The notes: generated by a model not told the origin, from the sequence alone. A stretch of 64,000 nucleotides of DNA from Octopus vulgaris (GCA_951406725.2 OX597841.1:14880001-14944000), one strand, 5' to 3'. Numbered from the stretch's first letter, positions 29,850 through 44,724 are shown. Translations and numbers: made by a program.

Positions 29850-30410
29850 ATATAATGGGTGAAGTACTCCCCAATTCTTCAACAGGAACTTAGGCATATG
29901 CTTGCAACCACTGAAAATTTCGGATCTAAAGTTCAGCAGTGAGTTAGAGTTCTTAGATCGAAAATGGATCCGAGTTCTTTCGGTTACGCATGCCTTACAT
30001 TTGTTTTTTGATCCGTTGTTATATGGGGTTGATTTTTCGGTTATTTTCCACTTTATCGTATGTCGTGTTGCGTTCGGTTTCAAACTGCACCTACTTAGTA
30101 ATTTTGCTTTTGTCTCTGTGTCGGAAGAAAGATATGTGATTCTCATAGTGATTCTTGAATCCTCTTTCACATAGTCCGATATAGCTCTTCTTACCAGTTT
30201 GCGTTATTATCAAGCGTTGCAGTAACTTCTCTCTCATATATGACGGATTTAATCATACATCGCTTGTTGAGTGGACAGGTTCGTGTGTATCGACAGTTAC
30301 AACTGGGAGCGGACTTTTGGTGTTGGTCTCGTCTCGACCAGCGATGTATTAATAAATCCGTCATATATGAAGCAGAAGTTACTTCAACGCTTGATAATAA
30401 CTCAACCGAT
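29850..30410 (-). mobile_element. Penelope-like element relic (GIY-YIG-associated region)
   Basis: CNCR...CPL..RC..KSVIY and IKWKI...STPYNNGSKNKCKACVTE...LLNFRSEIFSGCKH resemble the Cys-linker and C-terminus of Penelope endonucleases; inverted copy at 30342-30401. Confidence 0.6.
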
Positions 30411-30717
30411 AAGAAGAGCTCAATAAACACTCACAATGCTAGGTCTGGGAATCGAAACCGCGATCCTACGACCACCAGTCCGCTGCCCTAGCCACTGGGC
30501 CACTGTGCCGCCACATTAATGTCCTCCCAGTTTAACGACGGTCATAAATGTTCCAGCGTTGTCAACTGTGAGTCGTCCTGAATTTGTTTATTGATATCAA
30601 ACCGGACTCCATTTAAAAGCAGACATATTGTTATCAGATCTTCAACCGCATTTCATTCAACCACCATTCATTGTATTGCTAAAGAACTAAGCACGTGTGA
30701 AACGCTTTCTTTTGCAG

Positions 30718-30780
30718 GTATAACATTAGTACGGATGACTATTCCACAACAGAGACGACGTCTGAAGACAACGAAGACGT
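30718..30780 (+). CDS. DD3-3-like copy 1, coding exon 9
   Basis: tttgcag|RYNISTDDYSTTETTSEDNED|gtaagt; 63 nt, phase 2-2. Confidence 0.85.
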
Positions 30781-31111
30781 GTAAGTCGAGAACCGAGACC
30801 GTCGTGTCTCGTTTTCTTTTTCGTTTTTAAATTAAGCTAAAGCCGTTCGTGGTTGACTGATCGGTTAGAAAAAAAAATCGATCAGAAATATAGGCTAGGT
30901 CAAAAGTCACTGATCAAAACATTTGACATTACTATTATTATTTTTTTTTTTTCCTTCTTTCAAATTTGCTTCCATTTCTTGCCGAGTGTCTTCCCGACTC
31001 CTAGGGCAAAGAAACTCATAGTATACATTGGTAGGCCATTAAACTAAATTCAATAGTTCGTTCATTTTTTATTTAAGTTAAACTAAAATACATGGGTAGT
31101 AATAGTTCTTA

Positions 31112-31178
<67 letters not shown>

Positions 31179-31199
31179 ATAATAATAATTATTATTATT

Positions 31200-31760
31200 G
31201 AGTGAGAGAGCAGTGCATGCCATCAAAGTGACACTGGGGTACAAATATACGAAGCCCAGTAATACCCATCATGACTACCCGTCTGATAAGGGTACACCAG
31301 GTACATGCATCACAACATTATGTGCACCACATGGTGATCTCATATCAAGATAAACAGCACATGACCTTGCAGGTGGGGCCCAGTAAGAATTTTCTTCTGG
31401 TCGAGTAACCCATCCCGTTCAAAAGGTCCCTGAATAAGGTTTGTTTAAGGATGTTGAACGAAACACCCATGTTTCCAGAGGTGAATTATTCAAACCCCAA
31501 AGAATCCCTCTCAACACATGGCTATGATGCTCCCCCACTACTTCTGCTCGTGATCAGAGATGCACATATCGTCAGCCACTAAGGGACATGCTAAACTGGT
31601 TATTGTCAAACAACTGACAAGCAAATCTGTGGTATTGAGCAGAATATTTGCTGTAGGCCATCTTTTATACCAAGACAAAACAATGTACATGATAACACTT
31701 CCAATCAGTTAAGATCAGAAGCCACGAGAGCCACTGCCTGGCACTGCATCAGGGCATTTA
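31200..31760. repeat. interspersed repeat inserted in (ATT)n
   Basis: Its 3' part recurs at about 22715-22870 and 55345-55495. Confidence 0.55.
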
Positions 31761-31826
31761 TTATTATTATTATTATCATCATTATTATTATCATTATTAT
31801 TATTGTGGTTGTTGTTACTCTTTCAG

Positions 31827-32116
31827 AGAGAAAGGAATAGAGTCGCCTGTTCAAAACAACCCGGTCGTGAAACTTGCTGGTCAAGAACTCCAGTTGGCAA
31901 TCAACACTGCCCAGTTCGGCAGAACCTTCCAGGACAGGAGCCATGTATTCCACTTGATGCCCCGTCCCCAGGGCTATGACAACGAGACCATCAACAACCT
32001 GAACGTCCGCGGAAAACGGGGCAACATCGTACAAGTGTTCCCGGCTGTGGAGTACGATTTTGTGCCCAACAATCTCGAAATGGATTCCGAGGACCTTGTG
32101 CACATCCAGTGGACTG
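31827..32116 (+). CDS. DD3-3-like copy 1, coding exon 10
   Basis: tttcag|[13 protein letters not shown]...[19 protein letters not shown]...[24 protein letters not shown]...VHIQWT|gtgagc; 290 nt, phase 2-1. Confidence 0.92.
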
Positions 32117-32142
32117 GTGAGCCTGGGGTCACAGATGATAAG

Positions 32143-32195
<53 letters not shown>

Positions 32196-32238
32196 GGTGT
32201 GTGTATGTTCTTGTGTGTGTATCTCTGTATCTCTCATT

Positions 32239-32283
<45 letters not shown>

Positions 32284-32303
32284 CCTGTCTATCTATCTAC
32301 CTG

Positions 32304-32370
<67 letters not shown>

Positions 32371-32379
32371 GTCAGTCTT

Positions 32380-32458
<79 letters not shown>

Positions 32459-32467
32459 GTCTGTCTT

Positions 32468-32629
<162 letters not shown>

Positions 32630-32848
32630 AATCTATCTATCCAAAGGTAGTCTGTAAACTAAATTCACTGACAAACCTTTCAATATCCTGGGGTCCGTGG
32701 GGAAACCCATTTAAATAAAACGGGTTCTTGGTAGTGAAAAGTTTGAGTAGCGCTGGCCTAGATGCTACAGCCCGTCTTCCTAGCCCGAGCCAGCGGACCT
32801 AGTCTGAAGGGACAGTAAAAAGCTTTATATATATATATACATATATAT

Positions 32849-32957
<109 letters not shown>

Positions 32958-33197
32958 AATACGATAGGCTTCCTTCAGTTTCCGTCTACCAAATCCACTC
33001 ACAAGGCTTTGGTCAGTCCAGGGCTATTGTAGAAGACACTTACCCAAGGTGTCACGCAGTGGGAATGAACCCGGAACCATGTGGTTGCGAAGCTAACATT
33101 TTGCAACACCTCCCCAACCCACGCCTGCAATTGTTAAATATTCTAGATTCTATCCATGTTCTGGGGTTCCTTAATATTCTCATTCCTTTCTTTACAG

Positions 33198-33251
33198 GGA
33201 GCAACACGCACAACAACAGAAATAATGGCAATGCTGGACAAGGCACAGATG
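33198..33251 (+). CDS. DD3-3-like copy 1, coding exon 11
   Basis: ttacag|[18 protein letters not shown]|gtaaaa; 54 nt, phase 1-1. Confidence 0.85.
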
Positions 33252-33285
33252 GTAAAAACATTATTATTATTATTATTATTATTAC

Positions 33286-33321
<36 letters not shown>

Positions 33322-33661
33322 TATTATTTTTCGATTCCCAGACCGGGCGTTGTGAGTGTTTATTGAGCGAAAACACCTAAAGCTCCACGAGGTTCCGGCG
33401 GGGGATGGTGGCGATCCCTGCTGTACTCTTTCACCACAACTTTCTCCCACTCTTACTTCCTGTTTCTCTTGTACATTGTATTTCAAAGGGCCGGCCTTGT
33501 CACTCTCTGTGTCACGCTGAATATCCCCGAGAACTACGTTAAGGGTGCACGTGTCTGTGGAGTGCTCAGCCACTTGCACGTTAATTTCACGAGCAGGCTC
33601 TTCCGTTGATCGGATCAACCGGAACCCTCGTCGTCGTAACCGACGGAGTGCTTCCATCCAC

Positions 33662-33722
<61 letters not shown>

Positions 33723-34238
33723 GAAGTAGAATTCTTAGAGCATAAGATGGCCACGGCTGGAATGCTTTTCACTTTCTACTCGATATATGACCACCAGGGG
33801 CTAAACACCACCACCACCACTACCAAGAAGAAGAAGAACAACAACAAGCTTTTACGAGTTGAGCGTGGAGAAAGTTTAGATAAACAAAGGGGGGTTATTG
33901 TCAAATTGTACAAGGGCAGAGTGCTTTCCCTTAGGAAACATTATAAGTTTGGCGTTAACTCTATAACTTATTTTGAAAGCTTTCAGCATTTGAAAAAAAA
34001 CACAAACAAGAACTTTTAAACATTGGTTTTTCCTGTGGATGGCATCTTAGAATTCTATTTGGCTGAACTGTTTGAAAGAAGAAGGTCCTTAGAGCTTAGT
34101 GCGTGATACACACACACACACATAGACACATACATATGCATATATACACAAATGAATATATACAGACACATATATATGCACACACATATGTATAAGAATA
34201 TATAATAGTATATAAACAATACAATATATATATATATA

Positions 34239-34292
<54 letters not shown>

Positions 34293-34296
34293 CATA

Positions 34297-35555
34297 CAAG
34301 GTGCGTAAAATATTTTTCAGGTCAGACTAATGTTTATTTTTTTAAAAAACATATAACAAATAATAACTTTATCAAAAAATGCTTTGAGGATAAAAATAAA
34401 CCTTCTTTCCTCTAATGTTATTCAATAAAGCCACCTTCAGCTTCAACAACTGCTTCTATATGAGATCTAAATCATCTACATGCTCAAATCAAGTGGTCCT
34501 GGTTCATTTTGGACATTACTCTGACTATGGCAGCTTTCAAAGAATCTTTGGTGTTATGGGCATATTCATTGACCTCTCTCTCAACAATGCACCACATGTA
34601 ATAGTCCAATGGATTGAGATCTGAAGAATTAGGAGGCCAAGTGTTAGGGGTTATGTGATCATGAAATTTTTCAACCATCCATTGCTGTGTTACTAGAGCC
34701 ATCTGTGATAGTACAGAGTTTTACTGAAACGCATACGGCCTTCCATTGTATACACTGTTTATCCAGGGCTTAACAATTATTTCCAGGACCTCAAAGTAGG
34801 CGGCAGAGTTAACTCTAAGGCTTTGTGGAAAGAAGTAAGGAGGCATTACATGTCCTTCCTTTGCTGACAACTCCTAAAACCATGACAGTTGCAGGAAATT
34901 TTGTGTGCATAACACTTGGAACTTCAGAAGGGTCTGCACATAACCATCTGTCATTTCTTCTGTTAACTTTTTGATCTTGGTCGAAGTTTTTCTCGTTTAA
35001 GAAAAAATCAAATCAAAAATCTTCTTCTGCTGGATTTTTCAGTTTGTTCAAGAACCTTTTAGATCTGATGTAGTGATTTTCTTTTGCTCTTTCTGACAAA
35101 TTGACCGTTCCTCATTATATACAACACTAGCAGTATCGCCCGGCGTTGCTCGGGTTTGTAAGGGAAATAACTATATAAGCATTTTTAGAGAGTTACTTCC
35201 CTTATATAAACCGAGCGAAAATGCATTAAAAATGCGGAAAAATTATGGTAAATGATTTTTTTTAAATCGTAGACTCATCGTAGACGCGCGCTAATACACA
35301 GAAGGGCTCGATATGAATCACGACTATAAGATACTCGCTTTTGATTAAACTGCACCGCAAAATGTGGGAGTAGTTAGGAATCTCAATCGGTGTAGATAGA
35401 CACACACACAACTACATTTTTATATATATAAGGATTTCTGACTGTCCCTTCTGATACATGGACTTTCTGGGAGTGTAATCAATGGTCTGTTGAACTTGCT
35501 GGATACATTCAGATGTTCTGAGGATCGGAGTCTTTCGCTCATCATCGAAAACTTG
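34297..35555 (-). mobile_element. degenerate Tc1/mariner transposase relic interrupted by a Helitron
   Basis: WPPNSSDLNPLDYYMW motif in ORF 34484-34702, with further fragmented transposase upstream; Helitron at 35127-35434 inside. Confidence 0.75.
35127..35434 (-). mobile_element. Helitron family B
   Basis: CTAGCAGTATCGCCCGGCGTTGCTCGGG ... TATAAGGA termini. Confidence 0.7.
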
Positions 35556-35561
35556 TGTTTT

Positions 35562-35887
35562 TTCTATGATTATTACTATGATTATTTCTATGATTATTTC
35601 TATGATTATTTCTATGATTATTTCTATGATTATTTCTATGATTATTTCTATGATTATTTCTATGATTATTACTATGATTATTTCTATGATTATTTCTATG
35701 ATTTTTTCTATGATTATTTCTATGATTATTTCTATGATTATTCCTATGATTATTTCTATGATTATTTCTATGATTATTTCTATGATTATTTCTATGATTA
35801 TTTCTAAGATTATTTCTATGATTATTTCTATGATTATTTCTATGATTATTTCTATGATTATTTCTATGATTATTTCTATGATTATTC
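35562..35887 (+). repeat. 12-bp minisatellite (ATGATTATTTCT)n
   Basis: About 27 units ending about 13 nt before the exon 12 acceptor. Confidence 0.95.
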
Positions 35888-35900
35888 CCATATTTGTCAG

Positions 35901-36072
35901 GAACTGACCGCAGCAACATATTGCAGATGGCAAAAGGTGGCGTTAGTTATCCATTAGCCTTTGCGGACACAACTCTGTGGAACAACTCGGAAATTGTTTG
36001 GATCTATCACAACGAGCTGAACATAAAACCAGTGGACCTTGCTCTCAGTATGGCTTCCTCCGGATATTACAC
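35901..36072 (+). CDS. DD3-3-like copy 1, coding exon 12
   Basis: tgtcag|GTDRSNILQMAKGGVSYPL...DLALSMASSGYY|gtaagt; 172 nt, phase 1-2. Confidence 0.88.
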
Positions 36073-36265
36073 GTAAGTTTTTTTAATATATATTTTTCTC
36101 TTTGGGGGTGGGGCAAGCTGGCAGAATTTGTTAGCACGCCGGGCGAAATGTTAAGCAGTATTTTGTCTGTCGTTATGTTCTGAGTTCAAATTCCACCGAG
36201 GTCGACTTTGCCTTTTATCCTTCTGGGGGTGATTAAATAAGTACCAGTTACGCACTGGGGTCGAT

Positions 36266-36300
<35 letters not shown>

Positions 36301-36391
36301 GACATACATATATACTCATACATACACATTTATACACATATCTAAATGTATATATATATATGTATATATATATGAATATATAAATAAATAA

Positions 36392-36440
<49 letters not shown>

Positions 36441-36515
36441 CATGTATATATATGCATATATATACATATAAACATGTTTGCATATATATACACATGTATA
36501 TATATATGCAATATA

Positions 36516-37115
<600 letters not shown>

Positions 37116-37117
37116 CG

Positions 37118-37149
<32 letters not shown>

Positions 37150-37368
37150 ATGAGCTTCCACACAGTTTTCATCTATTTACTAAATCCACTTGCAAGATAT
37201 TGCTTGTCCCAGGGCTACAACAGAAGGTTTCCCCCCACCCCAAGGTGTCATGCATTGGGACTGAAACCTGAAACCTTAGGTTCTCGAAGCAACCTTCTTG
37301 ATGCCACAGACATGTGGGCTTCAATTTTTTGCATGTTTCAATAATCCCCTCGTCTCTTCCTATTTCAG

Positions 37369-37573
37369 GTGCCTGAAGGCGGCACAATGCCCAAACACCC
37401 TTGTGCAAGACAGCAAGGAGAGGAAGGCTGCAATGGACAAACTACTGAACAAAGCTCCAGCTTCTTACGCCGGTGCCCTACTCCGTTTAAAGCCAGGGAT
37501 TTATAACTATATGTCCACCCGTAACAACCAGTTCACAAACAGGGCCCAAAAGGGTGTAATGATAGTGAAATAA
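37369..37573 (+). CDS. DD3-3-like copy 1, terminal coding exon
   Basis: tttcag|CLKAAQCP...LLNKAPASYAGALLRLKPGIYNYMSTRNNQFTNRAQKGVMIVK-TAA; 205 nt. Confidence 0.9.
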
Positions 37574-37629
37574 ATGAAAAACCCGAATCCTTTTATATGC
37601 AAAGAATATCCAGAAATAACCCCAAACAA

Positions 37630-38003
37630 TTGCTAATATTTACAGGGGTCGAAAGATGTTTCATTTATAACCCTTAATTTACTGGATATTAGAAGTGTAT
37701 CCTTATAAAGAAATTTACTAACAGGAGCCAGAAGGCCTTTCCTTTATAACCCAGAATTTTTTGTATTTTAGAAGTATGCCCTAAGCAAGAAATGTAGTAA
37801 CAAGAGATAAATAGGCTTTCCTTTATAACCCCTAATTTTCTGATTGTTAGAATTGTATCCTAAACAGGATATGTATTAACAGGGGTCAAGAGAACTTTAT
37901 TTTATAACCCCTAATTTTCTGTGTAGAAGAACTGTGCGCAAAGTAATAAATTTACTAACACAAGACCAAAATGGATTTCCTTTATACCTCCTTATTTTTC
38001 TTT
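37630..38003 (+). repeat. degenerate ~79-bp tandem repeat in the 3' UTR
   Basis: TTTATAACCC (last one TTTATACCTC) anchors near 37664, 37743, 37822, 37902 and 37981. Confidence 0.75.
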
Positions 38004-38280
38004 ATGTTTGGATAAGGAATTCACAAAATTGTCTTAGCAGGGTCTCATTTATTTTGAAATAAAGAATTGATCCCTATTTTAGGGGTTCTTGTTAATCTTT
38101 TTTCTTTTCTGTTGTCATTTTCTTTTTTGAAATATAAACAATATCCCCGAAACAGCTGTAAGGCTTTGAATTTTTCCCAATAATAATAATGTATATGACT
38201 TGAGATGTTTGCCTTGCCTTAATGTTTGTTGTCCTCTTTAACAATTATATACATACATACCTACATAAATACATACATAC

Positions 38281-38348
<68 letters not shown>

Positions 38349-38382
38349 TACTTGGAAATGGATGCTTCATGTTCAATTAAGT

Positions 38383-38388
38383 AATAAA
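38383..38388 (+). terminator. candidate polyadenylation signal AATAAA (another at about 38058)
   Basis: AATAAA at the end of the non-TE sequence downstream of the stop codon. No transcript evidence. Confidence 0.3.
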
Positions 38389-38628
38389 TAGTATATATAT
38401 ATATATATATATATATTATGCGGCCTGCTCGCTTAGCCAGCGGGGTGGCGTCATTTGAAGGCTAAAACAATGTGAAGCGCATTGTGACCAGCGATGTATA
38501 ATAAAATCTGATAGCCTGGTCAGTCACTTGATCACGTGATATATATTATGCATGTATATATATGTACGTAGATATGTATGTGTATATATATATATTTATA
38601 TGTGTATATATATGTATATATATATATG

Positions 38629-38660
<32 letters not shown>

Positions 38661-38699
38661 TACATATATATATACATATATACATACATATATATCTAC

Positions 38700-38821
<122 letters not shown>

Positions 38822-39005
38822 GTAAATGTAATATGTGACAATTATTCGGTAGCCGTGATAAAACTCTGAGTTTCGGATGCCGAGGTGGAAATCCACACCG
38901 TCACCTCTGAAACTTGTGAAACTTGTGAAGCGCATTGTGACCAGCGATGTGTAACAAAATCTGATGGCCTGGTCAGTCACGTGATCACGTGATATATATA
39001 TATGC

Positions 39006-39039
<34 letters not shown>

Positions 39040-39065
39040 GCATATATATATATGTACGTAGATAT

Positions 39066-39137
<72 letters not shown>

Positions 39138-39332
39138 TCTATCTCTATATATAAAACTGAAATGCGTTATTTAAAGTATCTGTCACTATCGCTATTTCCT
39201 TTCTTTTTCACTGACTCTGTTTCCTACCTTCCTATCACTTCGGCGACGTTCTTTTAAGTATATGTCTGTCACCAACAAACGACACACGAGCATGAGAACA
39301 AATATTATGAATCAGATATTCTTGCGTTCATT

Positions 39333-39339
<7 letters not shown>

Positions 39340-39376
<37 letters not shown>

Positions 39377-39640
39377 CTATATATAAATATGTATATATAA
39401 TGTATGTGTGTGTGTGTGTGTTCTATATATAAATATGTATATATAATGTATGTGTGTGTGTGTGTGTTCTATATATAAATATGTATATATAATGTATGTG
39501 TGTGTGTGTGTGTGTTCTATATATAAATATGTATATATAATGTATGTGTGTGTGTGTGTGTGTTCTATATATAAATATGTATATATAATGTATGTGTGTG
39601 TGTGTTCTATATATAAATATGTATATATAATGTATATATA
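39340..39640 (+). repeat. compound ~45-bp repeat (TG)n-TTCTATATATAAATATGTATATATAATGTA
   Basis: About 6 units visible. Confidence 0.85.
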
Positions 39641-39784
39641 CAAAGTGTATATATCTGTATTTATGTATATTAAACTTTTTCATACTTTTTCATAGTTATA
39701 TATATTTTTAAACAAATTATAAATATAATTTAATAATTTTTAGTTTCAATTTAAATAATTTAAAGTTTTCAATTATATATTTTA

Positions 39785-40801
39785 CTAGCAGTATCGCCCG
39801 GCGTTGCTCGGGTTTGTAAGGGAAATAACTATATAAGCATTTTTAGTGAGTTATAGCAAAAAAAAATAGCAAAAAATGCATTAAAAATGGAATAAAAAAT
39901 GATAGTAATTTTTTTTTTAAATCGTTGACTCATCGTAGACATTTTTAGAGAGTTACTTCCCTTATATAATAGCGAAAAATGCATTAAAATGGAATAAGAA
40001 ATGATGGTAATTTTTTTTTAATCGTTGACTCATCGTAGACATTTTTAGAGAGTTACGTCCCTTATATAATAGCGAAAAATGCATTAAAATGGAATAAAAA
40101 ATGATGGTAATTTTTTTTTTAAATCGTAGACTCATCGTAGACGTGCGCTAATACCCAGAAGGGCTCGATATGAATCACGACTATAAGATACCCGGTTTTG
40201 GTTAAACTGCACCGCAAAATGTGGGAGTAGTTAGGAATCTAAATCGTGGGAGACAGACACACAACCTTACTTTTATATATAAAGATTTGTGCAACAACTA
40301 AAACATTCGGTTGTGCAAATTGTTTGCACAGGAAACCTGCCCTGTGTGGCGGTTTTTGCCGTTTTTGTGGATCTGTTTCAGCTTTTTTAACGATTTCTGT
40401 TTTGGCGACTTCAAGCCATGAAGTCGTTGTTCTAAAAGAACGCTGGTCTCCTTGACAACGCATTACGACGTTGATTTCCTTACACTCCCTTCCCCACAGC
40501 TTCACGAGGGAGGGAAGAAGAGGGAGAAGCAACATACGTGCAGGCGTGAGCGTGGACGCCAACTCCGCCTCCATCGACACACGAAAAAATATGCATTAAA
40601 ATGGAATAAAAAATGATGTTAAATTATTTTTAAAATCGTAGACTCATCGTAGACGCGCGCTAATACCCAGATAGGCTCGATATGAATCACGACTATAAGA
40701 TACCCGAATTTGGTTAAACTGCACCGCAAAATGTGGGAGTAGTTAGGAATCTAAATCGAAGGGGACAGACACTCACACAACTACAGTTTAATATATATAG
40801 A
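39785..40801 (-). mobile_element. two adjacent Helitron B copies (39785-40285 with an internal tandem duplication; 40286-40801 lacking the CTAG end)
   Basis: Shared family-B body and termini. Confidence 0.65.
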
Positions 40802-40954
40802 TATATTTTCTGTTATATTTTCTTTTTTTATGTTTTTGTTTTTGGTTTTTCACTGTTTGATTTGCCTATTAGTGGTTTTATCTCTAATTTAATTTATACA
40901 GATATATATCTCATTTGTATACATTTGTATATATAATGCGTGCACACACACACG

Positions 40955-40988
<34 letters not shown>

Positions 40989-42796
40989 CACATATATATA
41001 TAATGTGTGCATTACGTAGTCGGTCGATTCAGCTGAAAATATGCACACCTATGTTAAAGGTGCTGACAAGTTTGCATGACAACTATTTTGTTCCTCAAAT
41101 GAAAGGCGTCACCTCTAGGACAAAATTCCTCATCTTATAAAATGTGGCCCCAGTAGACCCGAATGAAATCGGGTTATATTAACCAAAATGTGAAAAGGGG
41201 TCTAAATGGGGCTGGAAGGGGATTAAAATTTCAAGGAGCGGGTGTTTAGGAATTCTCTGTTACATCAAGCTAAAAAATTTGCGCCAGCCTTTTAATCGTC
41301 AATGAGTTGCCGTCCATGATAAAGAAGTTTTGAATGCTTGCCATGGTGAGTCTACTGTCGTGAGAAAGAATCACTTCAAAACTTGGTGTTTACGAATTTT
41401 CTTTTACATCAAGTTCAAAATTTTACGCCAGCCGTTAAACTGTCACTACGTTGCTGTCCGTCATTAACAAATGCCAGCCATGGTGACACTACTATCCTCA
41501 CATTCTATCCCTTCAAACTTTGGTTTCCAATATTTTATTATTTTTATTCAGCTCGCAAGTTCGTCTGTCCCTTTTAAATGTTAGCGTTTTGCTGTATGCC
41601 TTGAAGCAGACCTTTCCATTGCCACTGCCTCATATTTCTGATTGATCTTTCTAAATATTTTATTTCTCAACTTACTCAAGATCTTCTGTTGTTTATAAAT
41701 GGGAGAGAGATAGATAAAGATAGAGAGTAAGAGAAAGCGAGAGAGAGTCCGAGAGAAAAGAAAAGTAAGAGAGTGGGAAAGTGAGAGAGAAAGGAGAGAG
41801 AAACAAATACGGAGAATCATCATCATCATCATCGTTTAACGTCCGTTTTCCGTGCTAGCACGGGTTGGGCAGTGTGACCGGGGTCTCGGAAGCCAGGAGG
41901 CTGCACCAGGCTCCAGTCTGATCTGGCAGTGTTTCTACAGGTGGATGACCTTCCTAACGCCAACCACTCTGTGAGTGTAGTGAGTGCTTTTTTCGTGCCG
42001 CCGGCACTGGTGCCAGGGGGGCTCGCAGTGGCAACGATCAACGATCGGTTGGTGCTTTTTACGTGCCACCGGCACAGAAGCAAGTCAAGGCGGTGCTGCA
42101 ATCGGCCACGTTCGGATGGTGCTTTTTACGTGCTGAAAGGAAGCAACAGAAAGTAACACCCACACTCTTACCCGCGCGTAGAGCGGGTCACCTTCAGCTA
42201 GTATATATATATATCTGTAAATGTAATATGTGACAATTATTCGGTAGCCGTGATAAAACTCTGAGTTTCGGATGCCGAGGTGGAAATCCGCGCCATCACC
42301 TCTGAAACTTGGAGTTTTATCATGGCTACTGAATAGTTGTCACATATTACATTTACAGATATATATATAGATACAGGACTCTTGATATGTTCAACAAAGC
42401 GTGACGCCTAAACCAATCAGCTGAACCAACCAATCAGCTTAAGTAATTGAGTGATACTACACACTGATTGGTCAGAATACAGTTTGCAAAACCTAGCAAT
42501 CTGGAGCCTACACGGCTGTATTTAAGGCACAGATTCAATCATCTCGCTACAGTCAAAAATTGTGAAGCATGACTGTCACCACTACTACATGAACCTGAAG
42601 ATTGCAGAATTTAATGCATGAAAGTACTAGTTCAATCAGAATGAACATTTAACATTCTATTATTTTATTTTATTTTATTATATTATATTATCTTATATTA
42701 TATCATTATAAGATTGTAAATAAAACATGAAAATCAGACAAGGTTGGAATTCCTTTTATTAATATATTCTTGTATACACAATCACACACACCCATA

Positions 42797-42990
<194 letters not shown>

Positions 42991-43011
42991 TACATACATA
43001 CATACATACAT

Positions 43012-43040
<29 letters not shown>

Positions 43041-43042
<2 letters not shown>

Positions 43043-43208
43043 GGCACAGGCATGGCTCTGTGGTAAGGAAGCTTGCTTCCCAACCACATGGTTCCGGGTT
43101 CAGTCCCACTGCGTGGCACCTTGGGTAAGTGTCTTCTACTATAGCCCTGGGCCAACCAAAGCCTTGTGAGTGGATTTGGTAGACGGAAACTGCAAGAAGC
43201 CTGTCGTA

Positions 43209-43248
<40 letters not shown>

Positions 43249-43405
43249 TTTGTTCTCCTGACATTGCTTGGCAACTGATGTTAGTGTGTTTACGTCACCA
43301 TGACTTAGCGGTTTGGCAAAAGAGACCAATAGAATAAATATTAGGCTTACAAAGAATAACTCCGGAGGTCAGTTTGTTTGACTAAAGGCGGTGCTCCAGC
43401 ATGGG
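43041..43405 (+). mobile_element. SINE family 1 (older, diverged)
   Basis: AGGCACAGGCATGGCTCTGTGG head and family body. Confidence 0.75.
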
Positions 43406-43536
43406 ACAAATAAAAGAATATATACACATACCCACACACGCGTGTATGTATGTGTGTGTATGTGTGTGCGTGCGTGCGTGCTTTTATGTTGTTCTTTCCC
43501 TCCCTCTCTCCCTCCTCCCTCTCTACATACAATTGC

Positions 43537-43671
43537 TACCACCACCACCACCACCACCACCACCACCACCACCACCACCACCACTACCACCACCACTACC
43601 ACCACCACCACCACCACCACTGTTACTGGTATTGCACTATGACTGGTACTGCAACATTGATCTGCAACTGT

Positions 43672-43706
<35 letters not shown>

Positions 43707-43731
43707 TTACTACTACTACTGCTACCACCAA

Positions 43732-43768
<37 letters not shown>

Positions 43769-43788
43769 GCTGCTGCTGCTACCACCAA

Positions 43789-43839
<51 letters not shown>

Positions 43840-43849
43840 CACCACCACC

Positions 43850-43908
<59 letters not shown>

Positions 43909-43963
43909 AACTACTACTACTATTACCACCACCAGCACCACCACCAGCACCACCAGCACCACC

Positions 43964-44047
<84 letters not shown>

Positions 44048-44090
44048 GCAACTACTACTACTACTACTACTACTGCAACTACTACTATTT
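43537..44090 (+). repeat. (CAC/TAC)n trinucleotide array
   Basis: Direct inspection; lies just before the start of the duplicated block. Confidence 0.95.
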
Positions 44091-44385
44091 GTGCGATATC
44101 TTGACCGCTCCGTACACCACTTCCTCTTCCCGTTACCGCAACCGCAACTTGGCTACTATCACCGCAACCACAACAGCACCAGCACAACCACTGTGTCCTA
44201 TACTAGTTGCAACTGCAACCACTGCCGGGCCCTGATTCATTCTTGACATTCACTCATGAACGAAAAAGGACTTCGAGATAAACACCTTGGCTCTTTATTT
44301 TCCTGTGGTTAGCAAAGATCACGAACGCGCCCTCTTTCGTTGCTATTTTAAACTCTCTGCTTGATAGGATAAACATCCGTGATGA

Positions 44386-44436
<51 letters not shown>

Positions 44437-44652
44437 CATATATATATATAGAGAGTTAGACAGATAGATAGATATAGTTTTATCAACAAACAATGTACAG
44501 CTCGAACAGTTCAGGTCAGAAAACATTCAAAACAAAAGATAATGATCGTTTTGTTTTCCTCAAGATTTGTTTCTTATTTATTCGTGTAAAAAACAAGGGG
44601 AAGTCTAAGCTAGGATGGTCTATGAATAAGCGAGAGGTTTTGTTCTTCTTAC

Positions 44653-44724
44653 TATAAATACAAGTACGGTACTGCGCTGCTAATTAGAAGCAGTTCGCTG
44701 AAGACACAGATTGAAGTCGACTTG
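44653..44724 (+). promoter_or_regulatory. TATA box and putative non-coding exon 1 of copy 2
   Basis: TATAAATA at 44653 and donor TTG|GTAAGT after 44724; near-identical to 10864-10935. Confidence 0.6.

Larger units (their letters stand above)
39135..42201 (+). mobile_element. Helitron-like element, family A, with nested insertions
   Basis: Same 5' motif as 7716; 41045-42201 closely matches 8510-9664; hairpin ACCCGC..GCGGGT and CTAG|T end. Continuity of the middle is uncertain. Confidence 0.55.

Noticed and set aside
43369-44246. Long poly-V/P/L/H/Y ORFs
   Set aside because: (CAC/TAC)n trinucleotide array, open in several frames.
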